A stretch of 64,000 nucleotides of DNA from a virus, in the IMG/VR virus record IMGVR_UViG_3300042340_000194, positions 11,602 to 75,601 of that record. One strand, written 5' to 3'. Position numbers and translations under genes: made by a program. Of the stretch, positions 28,008 to 37,929 are shown in pieces (within the stretch, counting starts at the first letter, position 1; every line of letters starts with the position of its first letter). Under the pieces are notes generated by a model that was given only the letters and a program-made list of their open reading frames with translations, did not search any database and was not told the DNA's origin.

Positions 28008-29504
28008 TCAGGCCGCCTTGAGGAAGCCCAGGAGATCGACGGATCCGGGGGCCGCCATGGCTGCCAGAGCCACACCCATCACCGTGTCATCGTGGGCCGA
28101 CCCCCCTGCCCCCCGCTTTCCGTGGTCATCCCGGCGGAATGCTCGATGCTCAGCAGCAATGATCCCATCAGGGAATATTAGGTCATCATCCTCCATCATA
28201 AAGAGAGTTCTGTCGGTTATTGCGTTTTTGATGGGATCAGACATATAGACTAGCTCTATTTCAGTCCCCATGGATTGCAGTGCAAGCGCCTCCGCTATGA
28301 CAATGCCCATGGAGTTCTTCTCTACTATGATTTTAGAAGGTAGAAAATTCTCTATCAACTCTTTTACTTTGGCTAAGCTGTACGGGGAGGATTTGTAGTG
28401 TTCCCGATACATGGCTGCCACGCGCCGTGGTTTAGAGGTTACGTCAAGCACTACAGCGGTGAAGTAGTCATTACCTCCTCCGTTGGGATCCACTCCCATG
28501 GAGTAGATGCGGTTTGCCATACCGCATTCATCGAAGGAACCTTTAGCACATTTTTTGACTAACAGGCTGTCATATATGGCAGATGCGGTAGCACCGAATT
28601 TAAGCTCAAATTCCGCCGCCCATTGGTTTAGTGTTAGCTTCTCTTGTTTTCTATAAGTTGCTGGCCAGGTAGGATCTGCACCATACTGTGGGTGCATTGA
28701 GTAATGAAGCGCTACCCGTGCCCATCCGTCCGCTTCCCCGGCTTTGTTTAGAAGGGCTTGAAGGCCTATTAGATCACGACGTTCTACATAGTCATACCAG
28801 TCGGAGGGGAGGCCCGTTGTCCACATTTCGCCGAACCAGTCTGACTCCATGTCTGGAGTAGAGACTATGATCACTTTCCCGGCTTTGCCTAACTTCATCA
28901 GTGAAGGGCTGGCTCCTTGATATAAATCTTTTACTCCGTCGATAAAGGCGGCTTCGTCGAGGAAGAGTACAGAACAGGCTGGGATACCACGAACGCCCCG
29001 ACCTGTAGGAGCTAAGAAATGTAGAGTGCCTCGCCCTTTCCAGGATAGCCGCTTAGTGCTATCCGATAGCCATGTTAATGACTCACCTTGGAGGGATTCC
29101 GCCATGAAGCGGACCCGTATAGCTAGCTCCTCGGAGTCCTTGCCTGTTTTTGAGACAATTACGGCAGTAAAGCCGGGTTCTGTTAATGCCCTGTTTAATA
29201 GATAATTACAGATAACTTCCGATATGCCGATCTGCCTAGATTTGAGGACTTGAATCCGGCGAGAATTGTGGAGTATGCGTACAAATTCTTTCTGAAATTC
29301 ATACGGCGCAAAGGGTTCAATCTTGGCACCGTCATCGTCACCAGTTTTGATCCAAGTAAGCGGCGCGAACTCCTCCCAGTTCTTTACAGGAGGTAACGAA
29401 GTTAGTAGCTTTGCACTGGCGTGATTAGCTGCTGCAGCTTCGCGCTGAGCTACCTTCTTCTCCAGTTGAGCCAGACGAGATTTGAGTGACGCTCCGGTTC
29501 TCAC
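28008..29504 (-). CDS. terL: terminase large subunit
   Basis: LKSRQIGIS Walker A, LFLDEAAF Walker B, VSTP, GVDP and HDDTV nuclease acidic residues. Confidence 0.95.
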   Translation of the reverse strand: MRTGASLKSRLAQLEKKVAQREAAAANHASAKLLTSLPPVKNWEEFAPLTWIKTGDDDGAKIEPFAPYEFQKEFVRILHNSRRIQVLKSRQIGISEVICNYLLNRALTEPGFTAVIVSKTGKDSEELAIRVRFMAESLQGESLTWLSDSTKRLSWKGRGTLHFLAPTGRGVRGIPACSVLFLDEAAFIDGVKDLYQGASPSLMKLGKAGKVIIVSTPDMESDWFGEMWTTGLPSDWYDYVERRDLIGLQALLNKAGEADGWARVALHYSMHPQYGADPTWPATYRKQEKLTLNQWAAEFELKFGATASAIYDSLLVKKCAKGSFDECGMANRIYSMGVDPNGGGNDYFTAVVLDVTSKPRRVAAMYREHYKSSPYSLAKVKELIENFLPSKIIVEKNSMGIVIAEALALQSMGTEIELVYMSDPIKNAITDRTLFMMEDDDLIFPDGIIAAEHRAFRRDDHGKRGAGGSAHDDTVMGVALAAMAAPGSVDLLGFLKAA

Positions 29505-29980
29505 TCGGCCTCGGGGGGCGTAGCTTCCTCGACGGTTGCCGACTCAAGGTCAAGAAACGCCTGGCCTGTAACACCTGTGGTGGCGCTAGTGAGACGTTCA
29601 ATGCGCTCTTCGAGTTTTTTGATTATGGCTTCCGTCTCTCGCTGTTCTCTGTAGACATTAGCGGACGCCATTATGGTCGATGCTGCCCTGATTCTATCGG
29701 CTTTTAGCGCTGTGTTATCGTTCATAATCGTCTTGAGCACATTTAGGCATTCAGGTATTAACCCAACACCTTGTGTTCCGCTAATATCGGTCCTCTCTTG
29801 GATCCGGCGGGTCAGGCCGGTCATGAACACAGCGGTGTTCCTCCAGTTGTGGACCGTTTTGGGGTCCACCTTAGCGATCCTGGCGGCTTCGCCTAGAGTA
29901 TGGCCTTCCGCAATGGCCTCCGCGCAGATGATCTGCTTTGCGGTGAGTCCTTCATTGTTTACTGGGCGCTGAGCAACCAC
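29501..29980 (-). CDS. terS: terminase small subunit
   Basis: N-terminal HTH (EAARIAKVDPKTVHNW); overlaps terL start. Confidence 0.8.
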   Translation of the reverse strand: MVAQRPVNNEGLTAKQIICAEAIAEGHTLGEAARIAKVDPKTVHNWRNTAVFMTGLTRRIQERTDISGTQGVGLIPECLNVLKTIMNDNTALKADRIRAASTIMASANVYREQRETEAIIKKLEERIERLTSATTGVTGQAFLDLESATVEEATPPEAE

Positions 29981-30093
29981 TGGGGGTATGGGCGAAGCCG
30001 GAGAGATAGGCAGAGTCTATCTAAGGGTGCCAGAAATTACCGCAGATTGCCGGGTTTTTCCACCGGAGGCGGAGAAGTGGCGTGGTAGTAAGC

Positions 30094-30474
30094 TCATGTC
30101 GATGTCTGCTCGTGGGGATCAGTAGCGAACATCCACGGTGCAAATTCCTTTAGCAGAGCTTCCGCTACATTAGGTTTTATCTGTCGTACCATCCTCTCTA
30201 TCAACCCTTCTACCAACTCCTCAATAAAAACATCAATATCGTCGTTGTATATGGATTCCACCCTATCCATATCTACACGAAGGGCGAACTTTACTTGTTC
30301 GTATATCGGATGATCTCGACCAGACTGGACGATCACCATATATGTGTTGTCTATTGGTTGTTTAACATCGCACATTACTAATGGGAAGTTTTGCGTTACT
30401 TCGTGTGCCACCCGGTAGGGTAGAAAGGCGGGCAGCGGGGCAGGGTTAGAAAACGGGAAAGCGATGGCGGGCAT
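30094..30474 (-). CDS. hypothetical protein
   Basis: ORF in tight array; likely start MPAIAF. Confidence 0.5.
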   Translation of the reverse strand: MPAIAFPFSNPAPLPAFLPYRVAHEVTQNFPLVMCDVKQPIDNTYMVIVQSGRDHPIYEQVKFALRVDMDRVESIYNDDIDVFIEELVEGLIERMVRQIKPNVAEALLKEFAPWMFATDPHEQTST

Positions 30475-30476
30475 GG

Positions 30477-30758
30477 TTAGGATCCAATAAGGTTTGCTCG
30501 GCGGTCCCATCTCTTGCGCACGTCACGGGTACGTTTAGCAAGATCAGTTCCTAGTGGGGCTTCATCTGATACCTGTGCTAAACATTTAACGCAATATATC
30601 ATAACCACGTCAGTAGGGTCATTAAGTTTGATGCTGACAAAAAGCTTATCCTTAATGGTTAGACGTTTTCGGATGACGAATTTACCCTTCCCGCCACAGA
30701 ATGGGCAAGGCTTGACAGCTATCAATGGTTTAGCAGGGACTCTCGCATTCGGTGGCAT
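30477..30758 (-). CDS. Lar/restriction-alleviation-like Zn-finger protein
   Basis: KPCPFCGG..CVKCLA. Confidence 0.55.
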   Translation of the reverse strand: MPPNARVPAKPLIAVKPCPFCGGKGKFVIRKRLTIKDKLFVSIKLNDPTDVVMIYCVKCLAQVSDEAPLGTDLAKRTRDVRKRWDRRANLIGS

Positions 30759-30817
30759 GGGATCAAGCGGGCTCGGGGGTCACAGGGGCTGTCTCAGTAT
30801 GAGTCTCATGGGACTCC

Positions 30818-31384
30818 TCATCGGTTGTCACCGCTCCCGCCCAGTTGGCCGCGCTTCTGGCGGTCTTGAGTCTTTTGGATATTGGCCTTAGCTATTGCGT
30901 CAAGACTTAGTCCTAGTTCAGTGGCTAGTTGGGTCAGATACCAGAGGACATCACCTAATTCTAGTTTGATTGCTGCTATGGTATCGGCGTGGAATTGTCC
31001 GTTATGATCACGGAGAACTTTTTTAATCTTCTCAGCAACTTCTCCGGTTTCACCGCATAAGCCTAGTGCGCAGTAGATGATGGAGTTCTTGTCGGGGTAG
31101 ACCGCAGTCTCTGATGACGTTATTTGGTAGTCTGTGAAAGTCATTAACTCCATGAGTTGTGGTGATTGCGGTGATGGGGGTTCTGAGATGAGTCCTGAGC
31201 GTTGGAGTTGGGCCTGGAGAAGCTCATCACTGCCGGGTTCGTCATTAGTGACTTGAAACACGCATGAAGACTTATCCTGACATGTTTCGCGCAAGAAGAT
31301 TTTAGCCGCATGTTCGGGTGAAGCCTCGTGGCGGTGGTGATACCTTTCACGAGTGACGTCACAGACAACGCATTTAATGATCAT
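30818..31384 (-). CDS. mazG: MazG-like NTP pyrophosphohydrolase with possible N-terminal Cys-containing extension
   Basis: LGLCGETGEVAEKIKK..ELGDVLWY..GSGDNR. Confidence 0.9.
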   Translation of the reverse strand: MIIKCVVCDVTRERYHHRHEASPEHAAKIFLRETCQDKSSCVFQVTNDEPGSDELLQAQLQRSGLISEPPSPQSPQLMELMTFTDYQITSSETAVYPDKNSIIYCALGLCGETGEVAEKIKKVLRDHNGQFHADTIAAIKLELGDVLWYLTQLATELGLSLDAIAKANIQKTQDRQKRGQLGGSGDNR

Positions 31385-31575
31385 GGGAATCTGGGTGGTA
31401 ATGAATAATGGAGATGTCCGTTCTCAGGATAGCGGGTGATCTCGTCAGGATCGGCCTGCTGAAGCCAGGCCCACCAGTGAGCGCAGGCGACTAGGAAGGT
31501 CACTGGGTCATCTGGGAAGAGGGGATGATCATCCATGGACAGGGTGTAACAGGCTCGGGGGTAATACATCGTCAT
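31381..31575 (-). CDS. hypothetical protein
   Basis: Overlapping stop/start junctions on both sides. Confidence 0.5.
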   Translation of the reverse strand: MTMYYPRACYTLSMDDHPLFPDDPVTFLVACAHWWAWLQQADPDEITRYPENGHLHYSLPPRFP

Positions 31576-32267
31576 GGGGCTGTCTCATCTTGAGACTCAT
31601 GAGACTGAGAATGATTCTCATCCCCCAGGCTGTGCCGCCGGGTCCGCTTCCTCACAGACTTGGCACTATTTTTGAGCCAGCGCTCTTTGACAACTTCGGG
31701 TATATCTTGTTGCTGCTTTACCCACTCTGTCACTTCCTCGATAGCGTTAGCATGGGCTGCAGCTTCCATGCGGTTGTAGAGAACATCATCCTGTAGCAAT
31801 TGCCGAAGTTGGCCACGCAGGATACTGTTATAGGCTAATACTACTTTGTGGGCAATAGTTGTGTATGATTCTGCATTCTCTGGTGTTAGCCGGTTACGTG
31901 CTCGTCTGCGGCTTTCATGCTCACGTTTGCGCGCTCTATCCGCAGCAGCTTTCCTCTCGGTTTCTCTAATATCTAAGATGGCTCTAATCTGAGTGCGGAA
32001 TCTAATGTAAACTTCTCTAGTGCGATCTAGTTTCCACATCTTAGTCTCTATGCTCCGTCTATTAGTAATAAGCAGATTATCTCCTTGTAAACTCGTAACC
32101 ATAGATCTGTAATCATGCTTGATAGTATCAATATTGGCGGCTAGATGGGCTAGTAACAGTATAAGTCCGTCGTTATCTAACTTATCTAAGTCGTCAAAAT
32201 AAAGAGGCTCATCAAGATTTTCACCCCATAAAACATAAACTCGTTCTTTACTCGGATCGAAAGGCAT
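31572..32267 (-). CDS. hypothetical coiled-coil protein
   Basis: Likely start MPFDPSKE. Confidence 0.6.
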   Translation of the reverse strand: MPFDPSKERVYVLWGENLDEPLYFDDLDKLDNDGLILLLAHLAANIDTIKHDYRSMVTSLQGDNLLITNRRSIETKMWKLDRTREVYIRFRTQIRAILDIRETERKAAADRARKREHESRRRARNRLTPENAESYTTIAHKVVLAYNSILRGQLRQLLQDDVLYNRMEAAAHANAIEEVTEWVKQQQDIPEVVKERWLKNSAKSVRKRTRRHSLGDENHSQSHESQDETAP

Positions 32268-32704
32268 TAGGTGGACTCCGTGTGAGTAGTGAAAATCCGG
32301 CGGGCCGCTTCGATGACGGTGTTCATGTCGTCCTCGGGGTAGCCCCACCCGTAGTTCGAGCAGAAGATTTGATCACCATAATGGATCGGCAGTTTGTCGA
32401 ATAACTCAGCTCCGGTGGGGATTACTCCTTGGATGTATTCTCTTAATCGGATGATGAGACTTCGCATGGTCCCGCCTTGAGAGAATCCCCGCCATTCCCC
32501 GTTGTAGTGGGTATAGATGAGGCGCTTTGTGTAACAGTCGATTAGATTTATTCGGCCTTGTCCGTCCAGGCACAGTACGCTTACGCGGTCTTGGTGGGAA
32601 AAGAACTTTCGCCCGGTAGTGGCTATGACTCGGATGAACTCATTGGCTTTAGCCAGTCTTTCGGCTTTGTCGGGCAGGGCCCGTAAACGATGAGGATAGG
32701 TCAT
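32267..32704 (-). CDS. conserved phage hypothetical protein
   Basis: GRKFF..WRGFSQGGTMRSLI..WGYPED; likely start MTYPHRL. Confidence 0.6.
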   Translation of the reverse strand: MTYPHRLRALPDKAERLAKANEFIRVIATTGRKFFSHQDRVSVLCLDGQGRINLIDCYTKRLIYTHYNGEWRGFSQGGTMRSLIIRLREYIQGVIPTGAELFDKLPIHYGDQIFCSNYGWGYPEDDMNTVIEAARRIFTTHTEST

Positions 32705-32828
32705 AATTGATTCTCCCCACAAGCGTAAGCGATTAAAGTCCAAGCAAGTATTCCAAGAGGTGTAGGATGAAGTGCAGTTGTTATGAAGAGGGTGCCTAAG
32801 CCTAACAGTAAAGAAAGTTGGGATTCTG

Positions 32829-33035
32829 TCATGGCTTCCCTCCACGTCTCATACAGCCATATGCGGTCAGCAGTAGTATTAAAGCTGGTAGTGCTATAGA
32901 ACTTAAAATCAAAATATCCATCTTAGTTATAGGTGTAGATGGGGCGTTGGACTCTTGAGACATTAAGCGGGCTGCGTTGGAGGCGGTCATAGAGGCTCCG
33001 GTAGCTATTACTCCTGATGCCGATGCTCCGATCAT
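32829..33035 (-). CDS. small membrane protein
   Basis: Hydrophobic C-terminal segment. Confidence 0.4.
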   Translation of the reverse strand: MIGASASGVIATGASMTASNAARLMSQESNAPSTPITKMDILILSSIALPALILLLTAYGCMRRGGKP

Positions 33036-33490
33036 GATTGCATCTCCCCGGCTTTAGCCTGGGGCAGCAACTGCCTAGCCGCCCAAGCGCGAACTCTTGA
33101 CCAGCGCTGGCGCATGGCGGCCTCGCAATTACTGGCTGACCAGCCTTCGTTTGCCTCGACAACCTCCCATGCGAGCGCCGTCGCAACATTGAAAGGCTCC
33201 GCAAAGTGGGGAGGGTCCAAATCCTCTTCTCGTGGGTCGAAGTACAACGGCACAGCATCGGTTCCTCTGTAGCGGCGAACCGCGCCAAAGGCACAGCAGC
33301 AACCTGTTTCTTCGTTTTCTAGTGCTCCGGCGGAGAGCTTCGGTTCAGGCAAGGCGTCGAGCCCCGCCGCAAGATCGCGCAGGAACTGTTGGCCGCGATT
33401 GCCACGGATAGCAGATCGCAGGGCCCCGGCTTGCTGGCCCTCCATCCAGGGTTCGGCGTCGCCATAGTCGTCTTGGTAGAGGCGGCTCAT
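33032..33490 (-). CDS. conserved phage hypothetical protein
   Basis: SAIRGNRGQQFLRDL..LDALPEPKL; likely start MSRLYQDD. Confidence 0.6.
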   Translation of the reverse strand: MSRLYQDDYGDAEPWMEGQQAGALRSAIRGNRGQQFLRDLAAGLDALPEPKLSAGALENEETGCCCAFGAVRRYRGTDAVPLYFDPREEDLDPPHFAEPFNVATALAWEVVEANEGWSASNCEAAMRQRWSRVRAWAARQLLPQAKAGEMQS

Positions 33491-33756
33491 GGCTCCACCT
33501 GCCCGGCCACGGGCGCTGGTATTTTGTGGCAGCATTCAGAGCACAGGTAGTGCCCGTCCGACTCGCAATCGGTAAAGTCCCCCAGCTTGCAGGGGCGAGG
33601 TTCGAACGCTGGGCACGGGCTATCTGGGTCGCGGTTGCCGGGGATGCCGGTCGGCTTTTTGCCGCTGGCTTGCATCTGCCTGGCGTAATGGCGATAGGCC
33701 CAGGTCGCGATTGCGAGGTAGGCGTCTGCCAGGGTTGGGATCTGGAGTAGTAACAT
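33487..33756 (-). CDS. Cys-rich hypothetical protein
   Basis: PCPAF..CESDGHYLCSECC. Confidence 0.55.
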   Translation of the reverse strand: MLLLQIPTLADAYLAIATWAYRHYARQMQASGKKPTGIPGNRDPDSPCPAFEPRPCKLGDFTDCESDGHYLCSECCHKIPAPVAGQVEP

Positions 33757-34739
33757 CACTCCCCCTCCCCAGCCTGGGGCGCCTGACCGAAACCGCCCGC
33801 AGTTGCAGTGGCGTAAGTGGCCCACGCCCAAGATGCACCTGAGGTAAAAGCATCAAATTCGGCGTCCTGAGAGGTTAGTCCGTAACGGGAGCTTGCCTCT
33901 TTCGTTAACTGAGATCTAAAGGCATGAATAGCTGATTGCCGTGTCAAGCCCGATCCCGCCTCTGCCGGCGCTGGCGGGCTGGCCAGGTTTTCCCCAGGCC
34001 CTGGGGCCGCTGCAGGGGGGTGTCCCCAGCGGGCAAGCGAAGCGGAGAGCATGTCTCGCAACATCTCAAGGGTTTCACCCTGATCGTTGTAATAATGAAA
34101 CCCGAACTCGGCGCACAGCTCGTCAACATCGGCGAGGGTGGGCCCTTCCCCCTTCTCCGGCGCGGGCGGGGATGGCAGTGTAGCAATCATGCGCTTTAAT
34201 CGCTGACGCAATCTGTGGTGATTGCTGCTATTGGCGCGACTGTCAGAGTCGCCAATACAAAAATCAAGCGCTTCAATTATTCGCTGAACATCAGCCGGTG
34301 CCAAACGGGAGGAGGAAGAAGCAAACTGAAACGCTCTCACTCCCCAGATGCCTCGTAAAAGGGTTTCTGGATGCACCTCCAGCCCACGACCCATCTGGCG
34401 GAAGAAAACCTCCAGCAGTTGCTTGTCCGCATCCTCACCTTGGGGATCAATGTAAGGAGCTGGCGGGATGGCGTCGTAGCGGCGTAACTGGCCTAGTGCA
34501 TTGGCGACTAAATCGAAGTCGTCAGAGCCGGAGCTTGCGTCTCCATGTTGAATCCGCTCCAGTGCGCACAGGGCCTCTTCCGCCAACGTTGGCCTATCCG
34601 GCTCAGTGTTCAGGGCGGCGCGGCCTGCGGCGACGGCATCATCCCAGGCCGTCATATCAGGGTCTGCGCCATTGGCGCTGGCCAAGTCTTCCAGCTCGAT
34701 CAACCGCTTCAGTGCGGCACGGGGCGTTGGGGTGCTCAT
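33756..34739 (-). CDS. mosaic hypothetical protein
   Basis: Likely start MSTPTPRA. Confidence 0.55.
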   Translation of the reverse strand: MSTPTPRAALKRLIELEDLASANGADPDMTAWDDAVAAGRAALNTEPDRPTLAEEALCALERIQHGDASSGSDDFDLVANALGQLRRYDAIPPAPYIDPQGEDADKQLLEVFFRQMGRGLEVHPETLLRGIWGVRAFQFASSSSRLAPADVQRIIEALDFCIGDSDSRANSSNHHRLRQRLKRMIATLPSPPAPEKGEGPTLADVDELCAEFGFHYYNDQGETLEMLRDMLSASLARWGHPPAAAPGPGENLASPPAPAEAGSGLTRQSAIHAFRSQLTKEASSRYGLTSQDAEFDAFTSGASWAWATYATATAGGFGQAPQAGEGE

Positions 34740-35722
34740 GGTTGGGTTGCAATGGTGGAAGGATTCCCGGCCACGGGCGCTGGTTGTGAGATAGCGCGAT
34801 AGGGGAGCAGCCAGCCTGCGGGGTAGACCATATCTGGGTTGGTCAGTTGCCAAGGGCCCTGCGGCCCCGGACTCCACCAGCACTCGCCATTGGAGTTGCT
34901 CCACCCAAGCTGCTGCCTCCATGCCGAATCATCCCCGGTCGGGACTGGCGTGGTGGCGGGGACACCCCAGCGGGCGATAGCGTACTCAATGGCAGGGAGT
35001 AAATCACCATCAAGATGCTTCTTACTGATCAGATACGCTACGGCTCCTCGGATCTGGCCCTCAGTTGCTATCTGGCTTACCAGGTTGCGGTGATGGTCAG
35101 ATAACACCGCCGCAGCTTGAGCTTGAGTGTTGAAGGGATACACAGAGGCATCCCAGTCTTCCTCGACAATACCGGCCAACCTGGCGGCCTCATCGAATAA
35201 AGGGCTGAACTGTTGATGGGTGACCCACCCATAGGCTGAGTAGGCATGATGGAAAGCGGTTAGTAACGCATCAATATTGTCTTGTTTCTCGATAAGGCTG
35301 GAGGCATGAAGGTTTCGATCACGGGCGATGGCTCGGGACTGGGCCCAGGCCAGTTGCTCGAAAGACTCCAGAGACTCCCATTGATGGAGCTGATCAGCTT
35401 GAGCGTTCCACTGCTCGATTAGATCATGCTCAGATAGCGGGCCGGGAGGAATGTCGTCACAGGTCGCATTGGCCTGTTGCAGGCCCTGCTGTTGTGGTTG
35501 TTGTGATTCGGTAGGCTGCGGGCTCGGGGGATCCTCGGTCATTTCCAGTAAAATTGGTTCATTTTTAACCGGGCACATCGCCCAATGAGTTATCCCTGCA
35601 GCGAAACTCGCTGGTTGTTGAGAGAACTTTTTGAAGAGTAGCGAGGGGTGATGCCCGTTACATCGAGAACAGCCTACTACATCGGTGTAGTAGGTTTCAG
35701 GTAGATCTGTGAGGTTTGTCAT
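34736..35722 (-). CDS. mosaic hypothetical protein with N-terminal Cys motif
   Basis: 328 aa ORF; CSRC..HWAMCP. Confidence 0.6.
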   Translation of the reverse strand: MTNLTDLPETYYTDVVGCSRCNGHHPSLLFKKFSQQPASFAAGITHWAMCPVKNEPILLEMTEDPPSPQPTESQQPQQQGLQQANATCDDIPPGPLSEHDLIEQWNAQADQLHQWESLESFEQLAWAQSRAIARDRNLHASSLIEKQDNIDALLTAFHHAYSAYGWVTHQQFSPLFDEAARLAGIVEEDWDASVYPFNTQAQAAAVLSDHHRNLVSQIATEGQIRGAVAYLISKKHLDGDLLPAIEYAIARWGVPATTPVPTGDDSAWRQQLGWSNSNGECWWSPGPQGPWQLTNPDMVYPAGWLLPYRAISQPAPVAGNPSTIATQP

Positions 35723-35736
35723 GAATGGGGATCTTT

Positions 35737-36237
35737 TCAGGAGTTGGTTAAAGAATGCGGTAGTTGTGGAGTTGGGCTCAACGCCTGTAAAATCAGATAT
35801 TGGTTGTTCTTGTCTTCAAGGTTGTGCAGTGTGCCGTCCCTCCGATACAGCCAGTTGCGCATAATAGGGTCTTCTACCATCTGTACCACATCTCCGTGAT
35901 GGATGGTTCTATGCCCCAAAGCGCCATGCCGAACCATGTACCAAGTTGGGCCCGGTTCCACAGACCCAGCACTGACTCCAGGGCTTAGCTGCAATTGCAT
36001 GGGCGCTACTTGCGGGAGCACCCATGCAATATTAGGGTCTCTGTAGCCTGGTGGGACAATGCAACCGAAGTTGTTATCGGAATAGCTGATGTTACCAATT
36101 ACCTCGGCGTAGCCTTGCCCTACTGCTAGTAATGGCCGATCAGGTCGGGCATGTACATCACCGATGATAATTAGATCACCTTGAGATAAGAAGCGGAGTA
36201 ACGGGCGGCGGATTGAGCGGATTAAGCGTTTGAACAT
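35737..36237 (-). CDS. hypothetical protein
   Basis: 166 aa ORF in array. Confidence 0.55.
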   Translation of the reverse strand: MFKRLIRSIRRPLLRFLSQGDLIIIGDVHARPDRPLLAVGQGYAEVIGNISYSDNNFGCIVPPGYRDPNIAWVLPQVAPMQLQLSPGVSAGSVEPGPTWYMVRHGALGHRTIHHGDVVQMVEDPIMRNWLYRRDGTLHNLEDKNNQYLILQALSPTPQLPHSLTNS

Positions 36238-36272
36238 GAGGGTTTTCGTGATAGAAGGGTGTTTGAGGTGGG

Positions 36273-36656
36273 TCAGATGTCGCCCCAGTCTTCGGGGCCT
36301 AGCCCGTAGTAATCTCGATAATTCCCAAAATCTGTAATATTAGAATCTGAAGGATAGCGCGATAGGGCTTTCGTAATAAGGTAATCATTTAGCGCTCGCA
36401 GTTGTCTAGGAGATAGCCACGGAGGGTCGTAGTCACGCGGATAACGGGTAAGCGTACATTATTGGCCTACACATGAAGCAATTATATAAGCGTAGGCTGA
36501 GGTAGTTTTTGTACTAAGTCTAAGCCGGAACGGCTTGTTGTCTAGTAACTTCTGTAGCAGTATATTCTGTTGCTTAGCATTTAGATCTCTGCCTACTAAT
36601 CTGTTTAATTTTAATCTATCGTAACTTATGATACAGAATCGTGAAGAATTGCTCAT
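36273..36656 (-). pseudogene. ORF interrupted by in-frame TAA at 36459-36461
   Basis: Frame stays open for 61 further codons to TGA at 36273. Confidence 0.35.
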
Positions 36657-37090
36657 TGTAGATTCAATGCCTGTCTTGCTGAAGGTCTATTGATAGCAGC
36701 GGTGTCCTTGATAAGAACACTATTTGACAGTTCTTGCTGCTGCATATCTATGTACTCTCTAATCTTTCTTAAGCGTAAATCTACCTGGGAAGAGTTCGAA
36801 TATCTACTAACCCAAGCCATATCATCGGCGATCTGCTCTCGTGTAGGAGGAGGCACATTGTGTATATTAGCAGCTATCTTTAATATCGGATGGGCCTGGG
36901 GCCTATCACTTCCGCTGTATGCAGTGTATGCAGGGAATGCTTGGTACACCGCTTCGCGGAGTGCGGCTGCTACCGCTCTACGGTAGTACATGTTAGTCGC
37001 CCCATTAGCGTCTCGATACGCCTGAAGTATTGCCTCCGAGGCGGGAGTTAGCTCAGGAAATTCGACGGAGTTTGAAGTAGAGCTGGTCAT
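36653..37090 (-). CDS. hypothetical protein, paralogue of 40106..40522
   Basis: Shared EFPxLT..AALREA..IAxNIHN. Confidence 0.65.
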   Translation of the reverse strand: MTSSTSNSVEFPELTPASEAILQAYRDANGATNMYYRRAVAAALREAVYQAFPAYTAYSGSDRPQAHPILKIAANIHNVPPPTREQIADDMAWVSRYSNSSQVDLRLRKIREYIDMQQQELSNSVLIKDTAAINRPSARQALNLQ

Positions 37091-37140
37091 GACGAGTGAT
37101 GCTGTGGTTGTAACGTTGGTGGTGAGTGGATGAAGATTGG

Positions 37141-37455
37141 TTAAGGGTTAACCGAGGATCTGGCCACTACGGCGAGATCCTCTAGAGCTTTAGCAATATC
37201 TTCAATGCCCGCTAGCGCGGCCGTAGGGTTTAGGAAAGGCCGCTGAGCGATATTAGCACGAACGGGGTAGTTACGGTGATCTTTTTGATCACGGACATAA
37301 ATCACAGAGTTCGCAGGAAGCTCGAACTCTCCGGTCCACCAGGGCTGACCGCATTGTTTACTACTGCATCGTCGTTTGCGGATAATGGACTCGATGGTGT
37401 CATTTCTGGTTGTAACGACAGAGTGGGTTTTGCCTCCACAGGACGGGCAGAGCAT
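37141..37455 (-). CDS. NrdR-like Zn-ribbon protein
   Basis: MLCPSCG..VVTTR..IIRKRRC..CG..WTGE. Confidence 0.65.
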   Translation of the reverse strand: MLCPSCGGKTHSVVTTRNDTIESIIRKRRCSSKQCGQPWWTGEFELPANSVIYVRDQKDHRNYPVRANIAQRPFLNPTAALAGIEDIAKALEDLAVVARSSVNP

Positions 37456-37460
37456 GGCGA

Positions 37461-37715
37461 TCAGGGCTGTTGAGATTGAGAATCAGTCGCAAGAGGCTTT
37501 GGAGATTCCCAGTAGACGCAGTGGTCATCGAGTTCCTAGCGGCGAGAAATGGAGCCTCCTGTCGGCCTCGGGGGGATCCCCCCTGGCCAGTATTGGCAGG
37601 CCGGGATGGCTGGGATCTTGATGCGCTTTGTGCATTGCCCCTCCCCGCTGGGGTGGAGCCGCCCGGTGCTGGTGAGGCGCCATTTGGCGTGAATGCAGCC
37701 GTTGCAGGTTTTCAC
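37461..37715 (-). pseudogene. Cys-rich small gene with in-frame TAG at 37536-37538
   Basis: MKTCNGCIHAKW..GRLHPSGEGQC..RR*ELDDHCVYWE..; the extended frame ends 5 nt before the next ATG. Confidence 0.5.
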
Positions 37716-37719
37716 GGGA

Positions 37720-37929
37720 TCAGGAGGTTAATTCGGAACTACGGGCGGCGGATCGAGCGAAACGCCTATAGTTTATTTTGTGGTCGATGTCAAGACTTTT
37801 ATTTGTGGCTTGTAATATGTAGCGTGAACGGTTGATTAACGATTGTACTCTGTGTGGGTCTTTATCTGGTTGTTCTAAAGTGTTGCATAGCTCAGTGCAG
37901 AGATCAGAAAGAGTTTTGATACTGGTCAT
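37720..37929 (-). CDS. hypothetical protein
   Basis: Overlaps thyX stop. Confidence 0.45.
   Translation of the reverse strand: MTSIKTLSDLCTELCNTLEQPDKDPHRVQSLINRSRYILQATNKSLDIDHKINYRRFARSAARSSELTS

Noticed and set aside
16836-37715. Genome-wide TAG stop-codon reassignment
   Set aside because: Long core genes are uninterrupted in the standard code, TAG ends several genes at sensible positions (e.g. 16836, 19642, 6958), and only one internal TAG was seen.
37470-37835. 121 aa plus-strand ORF
   Set aside because: The minus-strand Cys-rich frame fits operon direction and spacing better.
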